This document shows, one piece after another, positions 36,980 to 51,432 of a stretch of 64,000 nucleotides of DNA. Both the position numbers and the translations under genes were made by a program. This DNA is from Laetmonice hystrix (Eukaryota), in assembly GCA_965235115.1 (NCBI GenBank), contig OZ249436.1:52700001-52764000 (forward strand), read 5' to 3'. Below the pieces are notes generated by a model. It was not told the DNA's origin. It did no database searches and saw only the letters and a list, made by a program, of their open reading frames with translations. Position 1 is the stretch's first letter. Every line of letters starts with the position of its first letter.

Positions 36980-39203
36980 CATTATGAGTGAAAGCGGGCG
37001 TGATCAGTATGTCGCATTCGCTCAGGAGGGGAGGCGATACACGTCTAATCTCGTTGGTTCAAATGGCAGACCAATTCCGCTTCATAAAGCTTCTACTGTT
37101 CCACCACAAGCTTCCTATGCAATCTATATAATATAGTTTCCTACACCCTGGGGGGGAGGGGGGGTAAAGGGCCTGAAGGGGGTATAGACTAGGGATAGAG
37201 GCATTTTGAAAACTTTTGGTAAGTGTAGGGAAATTCTTTTGAGGGATTCCCAAAGAGGAGTGCAGGAAACCCAGGTATATGTTGAATGTCCTTCCCTGTC
37301 CGTGCAATTAAAGGACTCTTTTTTGTTTGTTTGTTCAACTGCAAACAAGTAGTAGGGACCTGCGTTGTCAATCAGATTTTAGGCCTCGGGTTGTGCAGCA
37401 TAGAATGGAAAGCAAATATCTTGGTAGATCCCGTATAGATAGACTTTGCCGTTTTGAACTGCGATTCGGGAGGGGTGGTAGAGGGGGCCTGATGTAGCTT
37501 GTCCCATATCATACGGAAGTAGCCATCACAAACCCAGGGGCATGTTGATTGGTTCTCAGATAGCGCCTGATGTCTGGCAGTAGTCTATGTCGGCTACACT
37601 GGCCATGCAGTGGTGTCCTGTCGGGGATCCAGAGAGGTTGGGAGAGGTCTGCCTTCACTGGCTTGCGCTGTCATTCGCCGTCTCCTAGGGTGTTTACGAT
37701 GGACATGCAAACGCTCCTCCTGCGTGCCCCGCCGATACCCGAAGGAGACGTCGCGGCGGACTGCTCTGAGAGGACATGACGTGACGTCCTGACGTGAAGG
37801 TGAAGGTCACGACGTCACAAGTAGCCGCCTCCCGTCAGGTTCAGTGGCCCCATTCAATGGCTGCTGGTAATGGGACTCTAATCGCCTTAGCCGCTTACAA
37901 CGCAGCAGAAATATAGAAGCTGCACTTAATCTCGCCAGCGGTATCAGCTATAGAGCAGTGGACAGTTCCAGTCGTCATACAAGTCACAGCTTGACAAGAT
38001 TAGGACAGTATAAGTCAGATCCAAACTGGTCCATTGCTTATGACGTCATGACTATTTCTGTTTCTGTCAAGCTACTATAACAAGAGCTTATAGGTCAAAG
38101 TATTTTGAACATGCAATGACACTCGAAACTGTCTGGCAAAGGTGTGGGTACCCCCCAGTAAGCTCAATTAGGCTTTTATCAAATTTCACCCGATTTGCCC
38201 CAGATCTTAAGTTTGCCTGAGTCCATGTATTCTGCAGTCATCTCAAGGTCTGGCGATAGGACTGACACACCCGCCGGGAGTGTTGTCATTATAATGAAGT
38301 GTTCGGAATTAAGGCTCTGGGGCGGTATCCAATATGCGGAACTTGCAGAAAGGCCCAGATATTTGGTAGCAGGGTAGGCCTACTTTCATGTGACTGGGCG
38401 TGAAGTCCCACCACTGAGTTTGTAGTGTGTGGTACAGTCTGGCCATCAGCAGTTCTATCCTTCATATGTTCCAGAGGCTGATATGAAAACTTTAACTTGG
38501 ACTAGTGTGTCGACCTCTGCGCTGTGGATGGTTCGCATTGTCCTCATAGCATTTCAAATTCGTCGTCACTTGGCCCCAGTGCAAGAGCTGCAAGCATCCT
38601 TGTACTTTGTGACATTAATTATACACCGCTCCTGCCACCTGTCATTATGTTCTGGGACCGGTTATAAGAGCATCCTCCGGATAAGTTTTTTGGTGGGGGG
38701 GGGACTGATCTTCGGAGACATGACTGTTATTCAGATATTCAGAGTTGTGAGGGGCGTCAAGACTAACTCTTTTCTTCCACAAAAAAATATGCTTCGGAGT
38801 TGGGGGCGAAGGCTGCCCCGATGGTCAGGGCCACCTTTAGCATGGAGTTAGTATGCATCTATCCAGTCGCATATTCAATAATCTATGTATGTGGCCACCC
38901 TTAAAAGGATGTGGGAGAGCACATAGGGAATTTATCAAATACGACGGTTCGCTCGATTTGAATGCCGATTTCAAACCCCTGTCGTGATTTCTACTTACAG
39001 TGAAATATTCCTGTTAATGTGCATAGTTTTCGGTAAATTCTCGTGCAAGGCATCGTCTATTCCTTTAAGGTGATTATGACTGCCAGAGCCTTTTGTTGAA
39101 AATTGAAGCCGACTGTTTATACCACTGCTGCGTCGCCATTCCTTTTCCGGTTCCATTCGCACATGCGTACCAAAAAAGGGCGGAAAGACGAGCACAGACC
39201 ATA

Positions 39204-39363
39204 AAGCCAGGAATATGTCCGTCGTGCGTATTACGTAATCAAAACAATGAAAACACGCATTACGCGCTACGCACACATGGAATCACTCCAACTTGTTTTC
39301 AATTATTTTAATGAATACGTATACGCATCATGCCCACACTACGTACATATGGATTCCTGGCTT
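39204..39363. mobile_element. 160-bp MITE, Harbinger-like ends
   Basis: Perfect 11-bp TIR AAGCCAGGAAT / ATTCCTGGCTT; homologous to 19414-19574. Confidence 0.75.
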
Positions 39364-39766
39364 CTTCGAATTTTCCATCGACCCAAAAAGATATGTAGGA
39401 GCTAATCTGCATGCTACCAGTATACATAACACTATAAAACCTATATATCAACATTCTTATATAATACTCGCATTCGATAATGCGCCTATACATGAACACA
39501 CGCACACCTTTGGACCTGCATATACCACATATTAGTTAATTGTGTGATGAATGGAGTTAAGACTAGTTGGTCACATGATGTTCACAGCCCGGGGTTATAC
39601 GTTAGTAGTAGTTCTACACTCCGACCTGGAGAGTCCGACTGTCACGGCCAGGCTCATGTCGCACTGGGACATGACGTTGTGAAATCGTCCTGTGCCAGCT
39701 GGTCAAAGTCGTGTATGTTTTATTGTGTGCGCGCGTGGGGTATTGTAACTGATATATCACGAACAT

Positions 39767-39903
39767 GAAGTATGATCAAATGTATGCACGTGTACTTACA
39801 CGCCTACGTATGTGTACTTCCGTATACTATATATCATGAACAGAAGTATGATCAACTATGAAGGTGTACTTACACGCCTACGTATGTGTACTTCCGTATA
39901 CTA
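39767..39903. repeat. ~76-bp tandem duplication
   Basis: GAAGTATGATCAA..GTGTACTTACACGCCTACGTATGTGTACTTCCGTATACTA twice. Confidence 0.85.
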
Positions 39904-41447
39904 ATATGTATACATTTTGAGGAGGTTTTGACATTAGCGTCAACATAAGCATAAGAAGTTCGAAATGGTCTCAATCTGCGCTTAAAAGACATAAAGATAT
40001 TTGTATTGATGATCCTTGGCTCTATAACAAGACAAATATTGAGGCTATTCCTTGTAATCATTGTCAATGAACGGCCGTTTTCTTAATATACCAAAGGTGT
40101 TTAAAACAAATATATTGTCATGGTTATTCCCTCACCGAAAGGAGAAATACATGTATATTTTGGCTTACCATTTATAATCATAATATTTATTAATTTATCT
40201 CTTCAGTAGTTTGTACTGCTCAACAGGGAAATAAAAATTATAATTCGTTGATAAATAAGATCACCTGTTGACCAACGCCGAATCTTTTTTTCAACCCATT
40301 TTTGTTTTGTTGTTTGTATATTCGTTCTTTAAAAGTGCCCACATATGTGGGTATCAAACAATTCATCCAGCACAGATGGTATGTATTCACATAAAAAGAT
40401 GTATATAAACTTGGATACAAAGGCAATAAATTTATAGGTTCGGTCCCAGACGTCATGCTGGTGAATATTGTGCTGGTACATCAGTATTTGCCATTATAAT
40501 TGACGTAAAGAAAAGAAAATAACTTTTAGGGAATCAAGGAAACTTAATTCAATCCAAATAAATGACTCGAATAACAAGAGTCAGTGTGCTAAGGGAGCTC
40601 GCTTTGTTAAGATTCACACATTAGGACCAATTCCAACATTTTCTGTAAAGATATGTGAAGCAATTTATATAAATGTTATGAGCTAAAGGTTTTTTTTATT
40701 TTTGTTTTGGGATGTGGGCGCCACTGACCCCTACTCTGGCGTCCATTATTTTGTGACCGGTGAATGTGGTCGATTGGCTTTGGTCACATAGACGTCCGTC
40801 CGTGTGCTGGTCACCGGCCTCAGGCCGCCGGCCGGCCGGGAATCCCCCCACTCCTCGGGGCACTCGGCCCCCTCTGAGTCATACCACGTTTATACTGGTG
40901 CACTTCATGCCTATTGTTACAAAAGGCAGGGTCATTTTTCATGCTTTCTTTTTTAACCTTTCCACAAATGATTTTGTATGGTTTTAACAAAGATCGGTCA
41001 TGTACAAGCACTAATATGAACTTCATTCATTTCTGAGTAATGAAAAAGATCACTTTTTTTAAGTAATATTACCAGTGAAAATCTGTACTTGTCAACTTCA
41101 CTTGACCAGAACTCAAAATCTATATTGAAATCGAAAACTTTGATTATGCCAGGCGGCAGGCGATCTAAACTGCTGCCCCTTCTACAACAATATATATTAT
41201 ACACGTATACACGGAAGGTCGTTTTGTTGGTAGCCCTAATTTACTTTACTTTTTAATTAAATGACAGTTTTTATTAATGATTATATTGATAATTGAAACA
41301 AGGACTGGCCCTAAGAACCTTCATTGTGACTAACGTATTTATGTTGACAAACCGTATAGCCCTTGGCCATGCAGTCAACCAGCGGGGGGAGGGGGGGTTC
41401 TCTCTTCCTCTTCGCCTATCATTCCAGAGGCCGTTTTTTTGTCCCAA

Positions 41448-41566
41448 CCGGATTAACAGGTAGTTAGTTGGCTTTAGATTGGCCTGGTATGAGATTCGGA
41501 TCACGTCTTGTCCCGGATTAACAGGTAGTTGGCTTTAAATTGGCCTGGTCTGAGATTCGGATCACG
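41448..41566. repeat. ~65-bp tandem duplication
   Basis: CCGGATTAACAGGTAGTT..GAGATTCGGATCACGT twice. Confidence 0.85.
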
Positions 41567-44500
41567 TTATGAATTGTACCTTTTTACAGGATTCGAAGAA
41601 AAGCCAAGTATAGATCTAGTCTTTATTTGTTTACGGATAAGACCCCTCCCGCTGATGTCATGAGAGATGACGTGACGTCCCACCTGGTGTTATATGCCTA
41701 TACCATACAGTCAAAGAAATTGTACCACCATCAGCAGTTCTGAATTGGTGTTTGCTTCTTTCTACTCTAATAAAATACTATCCCATGATTTTGTATAAAC
41801 TCGGATCCTTGTTGTTGGATGGGAGATGGGAAAATAACGGAGTTTAAATAGTGTCCACAGCATTTTGCATTTTAAATTCCCTGACTTGCCCCCAGATTTT
41901 TAAATTCCTTGATCTTTCCCTCCAGGGAAATTTAATTTAATTTCCCCCTGTTTTCCCTGATCCTTGGACACCATGTCAATGAATCATAAAAATATAGTTT
42001 TTGTTATAATCCCATGGTCCGGATAAGTCGGGAGAAATCCTTAGGCAGATTTAATGCGCACATTTAAAATATCGCCACTCCGGTCTTTTTGACAGAGCAT
42101 TTTCGCAGAAGTTACCGTTTGCAAAATTGCACAAAAATGAAATGCCGGGGAAGACAACCAAACCATAGAGGATATAGTAAACCGTATTTATTGGGAGGCC
42201 GGCTATTTTACCTGTACGCAATGTGGAAACATAAGTAACACATTTTATGATAATAGCCGATGTTAGCAGCTGATCAATTCCCTCATAATTATATCTGGAC
42301 ACGCATTTATCAAACGCAGACCATTCACTGCCGTAACCGAGTACTGATTGTACGACATGGACCTATACGGCGAACTCCTTTGATGATTTCATGACAGTAT
42401 TGACACCAATATACAAATCGACTCGGACATTTATATATTCCGAGATGATTTATGGACGACAGGGACAAGACAGCAATCCCATTCTGGATTTGCCGTGAGT
42501 GATCGTATAGTACAGTGGGTGACACCTCCCCATGGAGCAAACCGTTCATCCTTTTATATCACTCCCGCGGGAGGAGGGAGGGGCTGGCCCCCTTCAGGAA
42601 TGAATGTATGAGGGGGACATGGTGACCCCTCCCCTAAATCTTGTGGGAAGATGGCCAGAGGCGAATAACTGTTCGAGCAGATAAGGATACCTATGGGGCA
42701 GATGTCCCTTTTCGCAAACCGTTGCCCTTCAAATTGTTCGAATCGATAGTGATGCCCTTTATAGACGCCTGCCCTCGTGAACCTCGCCCCCCCCCCCCCA
42801 CACACACACTCAACATTCCATAATGCCCTGCAGATGCATGAGAACCTACTCCAATGGGGCACTAAAGTGAAGCAAAGATGTTGCCCAACTCGGTTAATTT
42901 TGAGGCTCTCTGCATGTACTCTGAAACAGCATGTACTCCGGTCTCCGGCCATTTCTGTGTCAGACCTTGTTTATAGGTAAACTGCAGAGACACTGGCCAT
43001 CACAACACAATCCGACCCACTTCTGGCCCATTATATGGAACCGTTTGTCTCGTGGCCGGTTTAAATGGGAGCACGTGAGCACACGTGAGCATGGTCCCAG
43101 TGTGAATGTTGTCCACACCCCAGTAATCTCTATAAACACGGCGACAGGTGGCACAGAATCCTCCCTCCAACCGGCCGGCCGACTGCCATACACCTGTTTC
43201 AAGTAATCGCAGACGGTATACTATTAAAAGGTACGAAGTAGTCTGCGACTAAAGTCGTGTACGCACCCGACTAACTATACTTCCGACTGGAACATCTGTT
43301 GAAAGGAATCCAAGTCCCCCTGAAATGCAGGTCCGACGGACCTGCAGTCCTAGGGCTTGAAAGTCCGTAAAGTCCGTGTCCGTCTTCCGGTGGACTTACA
43401 ATCCCTTCACACCTGTGGTAGCTGGTTTTGTTATTGTGTGCTTTTTGTTTTTGTTTGGTTGGTTGTTTTTTGTTGTTTTTTTTCTGGTTTTCGGTTGTGA
43501 CTACTTCATGTGACTTGGTCCTGTCACCTATGGCTGAGATAACACCGACGGCAGACCTCAGTCTGCATCTACCTCAAACACAGCGTGTATGCCAGAGCTC
43601 ACCAGCGCAGCAGCTGGAGACAATGAAGAGCAGTTTGGTTAAGCGCGTGAAATAAATGATTGCCCCCGGCCGCCCCCCCCCCCGTCCCCCACCCGGGCCA
43701 GGCCTCCCGGAGCACGTCAGACAATTCATCCCGGCCACCAGCCTCCACCAGTCAGAGCCTGGCGAGGTTTCTGACGACCAAGTCAGGCAGGCAAGCCTGG
43801 TATAGTCTAACCAGTGCTCATCTCATACCTTACAAACAAAACCATCAAGGGACGGTAATGACGGAAAATCAACTTTGTAAGGAGGTAATTACGATGCCAG
43901 GAAAGGCTCATTCAATGCCAAGCCGCCGGGAGCCTGAGGAGTCGTCGTGATCGGTACCAGTTGTGGCCCAGACCAGCCTCACCAGACAGCAGCAGCCAGG
44001 GACTGTGGAAGTCACGTATGTTAAGTCCACATACCACTTGTCCCTCTATGTGTATTTGTTGACATTGCAGCGACAAAGTCATATTAGAAACGGTTGCATT
44101 ATGTGACTATAATTAGAATCTGGAGGACATAACAAGCAAAAACAAGTGCCAATTTATTTATAAAATACAAATGTATACATGCATGATAATATTATGATCT
44201 ATGCACACATACAAACATACATACTTAGGTACATACAGCCATATACGAACATGAGTTTGCATTGCAATGTGCACATATTCTTGCAAACAACCATACATAC
44301 ACCCATATGTACATAGGGGCCTTCAAATCGCCTTCAGCAAGGTAGGCAGACTACTAACATTCATTTTGTGTGGTCGTGTCTACTATAATAGGACTGGAAT
44401 GAAAGTATGACTGGAAAGCCATAAGGTCTCTCTGTGACTCTGACGGAGGCCGACACGTGCTCGGGCAGGATTTCCATTTTTTATCAATTTCATGGTTGAC

Positions 44501-47500
44501 CCTTTACCTATAGAGAAGAGTGATGTCATGACCCAGTAGCACTGACCTTGTCATAACTGGAGGTCCGTGCACATGCTGGATACAGAGGTCATCAGCAGCT
44601 ATATTGCTGATAGGCCTTTTTGAAACTGTTATTTGACCTAGAGCGTTCTAAGTATAACAAACGCGTGATATAGACTGGTCATTTTGGTTGGCGACCGGAA
44701 GTGCACGGTCGTGTTTCGTGATGTTATGTTCGTTTTATGAAAATTAGAAGACATTGTCAGAGCATGTTATGTTTATGTTCCCTTAAGGGGTGGCCTTAAT
44801 CAGAAACCTAAAATCATGAGCTGAAATCATTTCAAAATTAGTAGTACGTCTATATAACTTCAGTTCGTTGGTCGTACCATCTGCAATATCTAACAGAAAG
44901 AAAGCCTTCAGATTTGATCTTATTGACGTTGAGTGACGTTTATTAACGGGTTGATCATTCGCACCACTATAAGGTCATAGATGACAGTTACGTTTTCAAA
45001 CCTTTGGCTATTCGTCTGGATTTAATTCGTAGTCGGAAACCAGGGTCATATGAGGATAGCGGCTCAACAAGGATTGAGTAAGACACTTACGTTATTGACG
45101 TCACGGTCGTCTGTAAGGGGGTTCACGAGTTAGAAGTCTTACGATTGGCGGCGTCTCATGACGAGAATAACGCGGCTGCTGTGTGTCAAGCAATAAGGTG
45201 TCCAATACAGTGACTAAATCATGGGGTAAGTTTAGGTTATTCGCTAATTACACTGGTGTATTAAATTAGGGAAACACAGTTGCCGAGATGTTATAAAGGT
45301 ATAAGGTGACAACTACATGAAGGCCTACATCTAAGTTATGAGTTAGAGAAAACAACCCCTCGATAGTTACAGCAAGCGACACAGCTACGAGGTAGTCTAC
45401 AAGTTTCCACTGCGTTGTTATGAGCTAAAGAGCAACAAATGCAGTGGAAATGGCCATGATAAGATACTGTCATGGACGTGGTAGCGACTGTGACAGTAGG
45501 CCAACATAGTTTGACGACTATTCGCCTTGTGTGGGCGATGTAGATCTAGAAGTCCTCGGCAGTCGTGGGTTTGGTTGGTCGGGTAGAGGGGGATCTATCA
45601 AAATACAGCCATCAGGCAAACATCGATTTCTGGCAGCGCGCCGGCGGCTGATGCTGATACCAGACCTGCAGATAACGTCAGGCTATAAATAGTAACCACG
45701 AGCTCATGGGTTTCTAATTCGATATCGATCGATCCGGCACGCGTGGGGCCTGCTGTCATGCATGCACATCGATGCATGTTTGGAGAAGCTATATATAGCA
45801 CAAGAACTATATATTTATTGCTTCCCTTTCGTTGTCTCCATAATGCAACTGTGAGTTATAAAAGGCTACAGGGTGACGTCACAACGCATCACGTGATTGC
45901 GTTCGGCGAATCGTGAACGTTCTCAGCATGAGCAGACTGCGGCTTTGACTGTCAGAACACCATGTCAGTGAGATTGCTTGAGGTACTACGTAACTCAGGT
46001 TGAACTATATGTAATCAGGGGTGTATTAATGGAATTTTGAAGGAACGTTCTCGAAATATTTGATCTGAGAGAAAATTGAGAACGGAGTTGGGCATGTGGT
46101 TTTGTCAGACAACATATAGGCCTATATTGCTGCGTGGATTTCTTCCCAACTATATACGACGGGTTAACACCACTCGTGAACTCGGAGGTTCTCGTAAGGA
46201 ACGACTTTGTGACCTTCACCTTCACCGTCCGGAACCATACGAGTTCAGACTGGTGGTGGTTTCTCACGAGTCGTGATCACGACCACTTCTCGCGACACGA
46301 GTTGTATTCACGACCACTCCAGCCCACCATTGGGCCAGTGTATGAGTGTGACACAGATAGAGCATAACAATGGTTTTCACATTGAAATGCCACCACAAAC
46401 GGAAATGTCCGGTCAAAGTCTGAAAGGACTTCATAACTTTGTCTTTGTTCATCATCCAAATGTGTCATCATCAAAACTAACGTTTTCTCACCGAATGCTT
46501 TATCAACTACAATTTGTCATGAAGCAGATATTCACATGAGAAAGGGTAGATTGCGAACGACTTAATATAAACTTTTTTTGGCGTCACGGTGAATCTTTCC
46601 GTGGAAAAGCATCCTTGATTATGGAGGATGCTCAGCCAAACCTACCAATGTAAGCACAGATAAAATAATCTTATTTTATTTGAAAGGGGGGTACATGGCC
46701 CTGCTGCCCCCCCCCCCTCTAACAACGTCTTTGTGACTATGGTAATAACACGTCCTCTGGTTTCTTCATCGAGCGTGCAGGATGTCCCAGAGTGCACTGC
46801 GGCTATAATCCTTAAAGTTCACATCGTTAGTCAACCTGAACTTAACACTATACCTACAGTATGGTCATTGATAAATAAGATCAAAATATTTCGATTCCAT
46901 CCGACAAAAGCTTTCGTTTGTCAGCGTTTCTCTGCGCTAGATTGGCGTTCCATATTTAGCCTCCACCCAAAGAGGGCGAGGTATCGATCGAGACAGACGA
47001 ACGCTGGGTAAAGACGAGAGCATGCCTCCATCTCAGCAGCGCCAAGTCGTTGGCGTTTCACGGAGTGCCCTGAGTCTGCACTCTGTTACCCTCCCTTTAA
47101 TGCTGACTCAGCAGTTTTCTTATGCCACTCTTAAATCTGGCGAGGACGAAAACTCTGGCCAAGGAGCCCGCTAAATAATGGCAGATATTCCCCCGGTCTT
47201 GTCTCAACGACCGCGATCGATGGCAACACATTTGTTGCTGACGTTGGTGTTTGGAGAGAAGTTGTTGGTCAAAGTCTGCTTAAACCAGACAACTCCCATT
47301 AATGGCGAGGACGACTTTTTTCGCTGTTGCCAACAGCTTGCGGTATAAGCGATGTAATGTAAAGGAATGATATTTCGAGGATAACTGTAGTATTACCACA
47401 GATGCCCTTCTACATTTCGTAACATACTTTATTGACAGCCCATATAGCTTTGGCTCATGTAGTTGAGACTCGCAGCATTTCGTTTTACTCGTTGCCATGG

Positions 47501-47723
47501 TCAAGTTGGGGTATACGGCTGACTCAAAAATTATTATATTGTCAATTTTAAATAGGGAATAATACCTGTACCATTCGTTATTTGTTATTTATTCATCCAT
47601 TTATTATGATTATTCATATCAGAAGAATATAGTTGGAAAGAATGCCATGCAGTTGTTGACACCATTATATTTAGCAAACACTGTATACAGTCACATAATG
47701 AGAATATTGTATGGTTAAAAAAC

Positions 47724-49069
47724 TATTTTCTCCCTCCCAGCATACTTATTACTTATATATCTCTGACGTTACCTCCCCAATTAACAGTATTGTCTCCCTC
47801 CCAGCATAGGCCTATACTTATTGCTTATCTCTGACGGTACCTCCTCAATTAACAGTACTGTCTCCCTCCCAGCATAGGCCTATACTTATGACTTATCTCT
47901 GACGTTACCTCCTCAATTAACAGTATTGTCTCCCTCCCAGCATAGGCCTATACTTATTACTTATCTCTGACGGTACCTCCTCAATTAACAGTACTGTCTC
48001 CCTCCCAGCATAGGCCTATACTTATTACTTATCTCTGACGGTACCTCCTCAATTAACAGTACTGTCTCCCTCCCAGCATAGGCCTATACTTATTACTTAT
48101 CTCTGACGGTACCTCCTCAATTAACAGTACTGTCTCCCTCCCAGCATAGGCCTATACTTATGACTTATCTTTGACGTTACCTCCTTAATTAACAGTATTG
48201 TCTCCCTCCCAGCATGTACTTATTACTTATCTCTGACGTTACCTCCTCAATTAACAGTATTGTCTCCCTCCCAGCATAGGCCTATACTTATTACTTATCT
48301 CTGACGGTACCTCCTCAATTAACAGTACTGTCTCCCTCCCAGCATAGGCCTATACTTATTACTTATCTCTGACGGTACCTCCTCAATTAACAGTATTGTC
48401 TCCCTCCCAGCATATACTTATTACTTATCTCTGACAGTACCTCCTCAATTAACAGTTTTGTCTCCCTCCCAGCATATACTTATTACTTATCTCTGACGTT
48501 ACCTCCTTAATTAACAGTATTGTCTCCCTCCCAGCATATACGTATACTTATTACTTATCTCTGACGGTACCTCCTCAATTAACAGTATTGTCTCCCTCCC
48601 AGCATAGGCCTATACTTATTACTTATCTCTGACGGTACCTCCTCAATTAACAGTACTGTCTCCCTCCCAGCATAGGCCTATACTTATTACTTATCTCTGA
48701 CGGTACCTCCTCAATTAACAGTACTGTCTCCCTCCCAGCATAGGCCTATACTTATGACTTATCTCTGACGTTACCTCCTTAATTAACAGTATTGTCTCCC
48801 TCCCAGCATGTACTTATTACTTATCTCTGACGTTACCTCCTCAATTAACAGTATTGTCTCCCTCCCAGCATATACTTATTACTTATCTCTGACGTTACCT
48901 CCTCAATTAACAGTATTGTCTCCCTCCCAGCATATATACTTATTACTTATCTCTGACGGTACCTCCTCAATTAACAGTATTGTCTCCCTCCCAGCATATA
49001 CTTATTACTTATCTCTGACGTTTCCTCCTCAATTAACAGTATTGTCTCCCTCCCAGCATACTTATTACC
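47724..49069. repeat. 60-68 bp minisatellite (TATTGTCTCCCTCCCAGCATAGGCCTATACTTATTACTTATCTCTGACGGTACCTCCTCAATTAACAG), about 20 copies
   Basis: Read directly; length variants confined to the TA site after CCCAGCA. Confidence 0.96.
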
Positions 49070-50959
49070 TTTCTAGGATGAATGTAGCAAGTTATACCGT
49101 TGTATGGGTAGGCCAAGATAGGTAAAAATTACGACACCCCGACAATATTGACATGATCTCCGAATAGTGAGTAAAAACGCGGGGAAACAAAGTTGATAAT
49201 AATTCACGCTACAAACCAATATTTAAAGTCGAGCGGAACGTTGGAACGGGCGTTGTAATCGGCCCATTGACCGTTGGGCAATGCAGGATAGCGTGTTGCA
49301 AACCTTAGTTTCTTAAAGGTGACGAAAAAGTTTAAATTATCAATATAAGGGTGTTCAGCATGAACAAGTTTGTTCCTACCTACAATCCTGTGATGGTCTG
49401 ATCTTTAATAAAGGAATAATCAACTGAAATGTAGCTAGACATTCTCCCGCTGGCTTCGTCTGCTTGTCTGCCCTACTTGTCCACGAATTGTTATGTGGCC
49501 GCCAGGCGGAACGAACCACGCAGATTCCCGACCAGAGTGCCGCTATTCCCGTCCCGCTACGATTCCACTTTTACCAGAAACATGCCCATGACGTCACCGC
49601 TAAACCAATTCGAAGGAAGGTGGCGACAGATTCATCGACGATTTCAGAGAAACTAAAACCAAGATTAGCTGGTGTTTGTGACGCCGCGTCATAGCTCCCC
49701 CTGTCTCGCGTGAAAATAGCGCATGGCCCGAGCGGTATTTTTAAAAGTCGCCTTTTAGACAGTGTTCCCCTTATCCGCGCGACCTTAGACAATTCACATG
49801 GTGTTATTGGTGTTCAAGGGTACGTTAGTGAGGAACTTGGTCTGTCGCTTTAACACTTTACATAACCGTTGATAAAATACGCCTCATATTCATGCAGAAA
49901 GATATAGTATCGCGCCTAATATGGTCAAGCTAAATATAGCACCACCTCCAGATTCCCCCAGCTCCGGAACGCCTCAAAGACGCATAACGATCTCCTTGCG
50001 GCCCTTTGATCACGGACCACGGTGCTCAGGGTCACCATTCTGAGAACACGAGGCACATCGGGCCATGTGACCTTGCATCCAGCATCCCGGTAAAATGACT
50101 GCTGTCCAGAGCCACGGACGCTGACGATGTCATTTGCGGTCATTATCTGCGCCATGTTTGATGCTGTAATGCTTGCGGACTGGGGGATGTAGTCACCAAA
50201 GAACTGAACAAGTAACCATCTATTTTATCCCTGACCAGTCTATAGAAGGCAATATTTGTCAGTTGATGATTATTCATTGATTGTGACAGCCATTTAATGA
50301 TCACCAAGTCAAATACGACTATCCCTATATTCTTCAGACTGTCAAGACCAAATCTCGGTAAAAGGCGGCGGATTAAGATTACATTTCTTGTCGGTTCACA
50401 CCTGCTTAGCACGAGTCCCATCTTGAGGGCACGATCAAATTTAATTAAACATTTTACAACAAATCTGGATGCCTGATTGGCTCATGAATGTGAACCGGTC
50501 TGGGTCGGTACCTGCCAAGCCGAAAATCATTCACAGTTTCAGGGTCAATTCCAAGATTAAATCCCAAGCCTCAACTAGGGGGGGGCAATGCCCCCAGCTT
50601 GAGGAATGGGGGCATTTACCCCCTTCCAGTTCCAGCTTATGATTGCATGTGTGTGCGCCACGATGATGTGCATGCATGTCTGCGCATGCATAAACCTACA
50701 TGCATGCATTACATGTCTAATATACAGGCCGCTAACCATACTTAAATTTATCATTAATGAAGTAAGATCCTATGCAGTGCTCTCTCGATGTGCATATGTT
50801 AAGTGTGCTGCTGCAACAGGCAAAGCTGCTTCGTCGCGTAGGTACTCAACATGAAACCGAACGATGATGTCATTTTCCAGAAACAGTAGACATGTTGGCC
50901 TGGGAGAGAGAGAGACGCACATGCGTATCAGGGAGAAGCGTTTGAATCCGCGGCTTTCC

Positions 50960-51135
50960 GCCGACCAATGAGCGCGCGCTAGCTTCCGACTACTGAGACT
51001 ATTTTTAAACCCTAATAATAAACGAGAAGGTAGGAAGGACTACGTCATCGTCGGCAGGCCACGCTGTGGGGAGCGGGGTGGGTAGGTCTGACGTAGGCTG
51101 CCGACGCTGCTGCTTCGACCGCGATAAAGCCAGCA
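50960..51135 (+). promoter_or_regulatory. Candidate proximal promoter of the SBK kinase
   Basis: CpG-rich patch with NF-Y box GACCAATGAG (CCAAT at 50965), GC box GGGAGCGGGGTGGG, two TGACGTA half-CRE sites and GATAAAG; position only, no TSS data. Confidence 0.35.
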
Positions 51136-51432
51136 CACAGGGATAGGCACTCTGTATACTACTAGGCTACAGTCGGCCAAAGCGTCCATATCCCTTGTGT
51201 CTCACGACAACGTGTATACATCAGACTTTCTCTTCGTTTTCCAGGCGACAATATCCATCGAGTCCGGCCGAGTCGAACTGGCATCGTCTGGAGGATCGAT
51301 TTCAATTGGAGCCAAGTCAGATTGGCGGCAGCGAAACTCTTAACCACCACCCCAGCTGCTACAACATTGAGCTGTACCACAACGCCTACCTCGTCACTGA
51401 ACCAGTCGGGAAACACTTCGCGTATTACTAAG

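Noticed and set aside
47280-47504. Possible THAP-domain remnant (also near 15600-15750)
   Set aside because: C2CH spacing and AVPT motif could not be recovered
49925-50155. 76-aa minus-strand ORF with good start context, divergent from the kinase
   Set aside because: No recognisable domain or supporting splice structure; length compatible with chance
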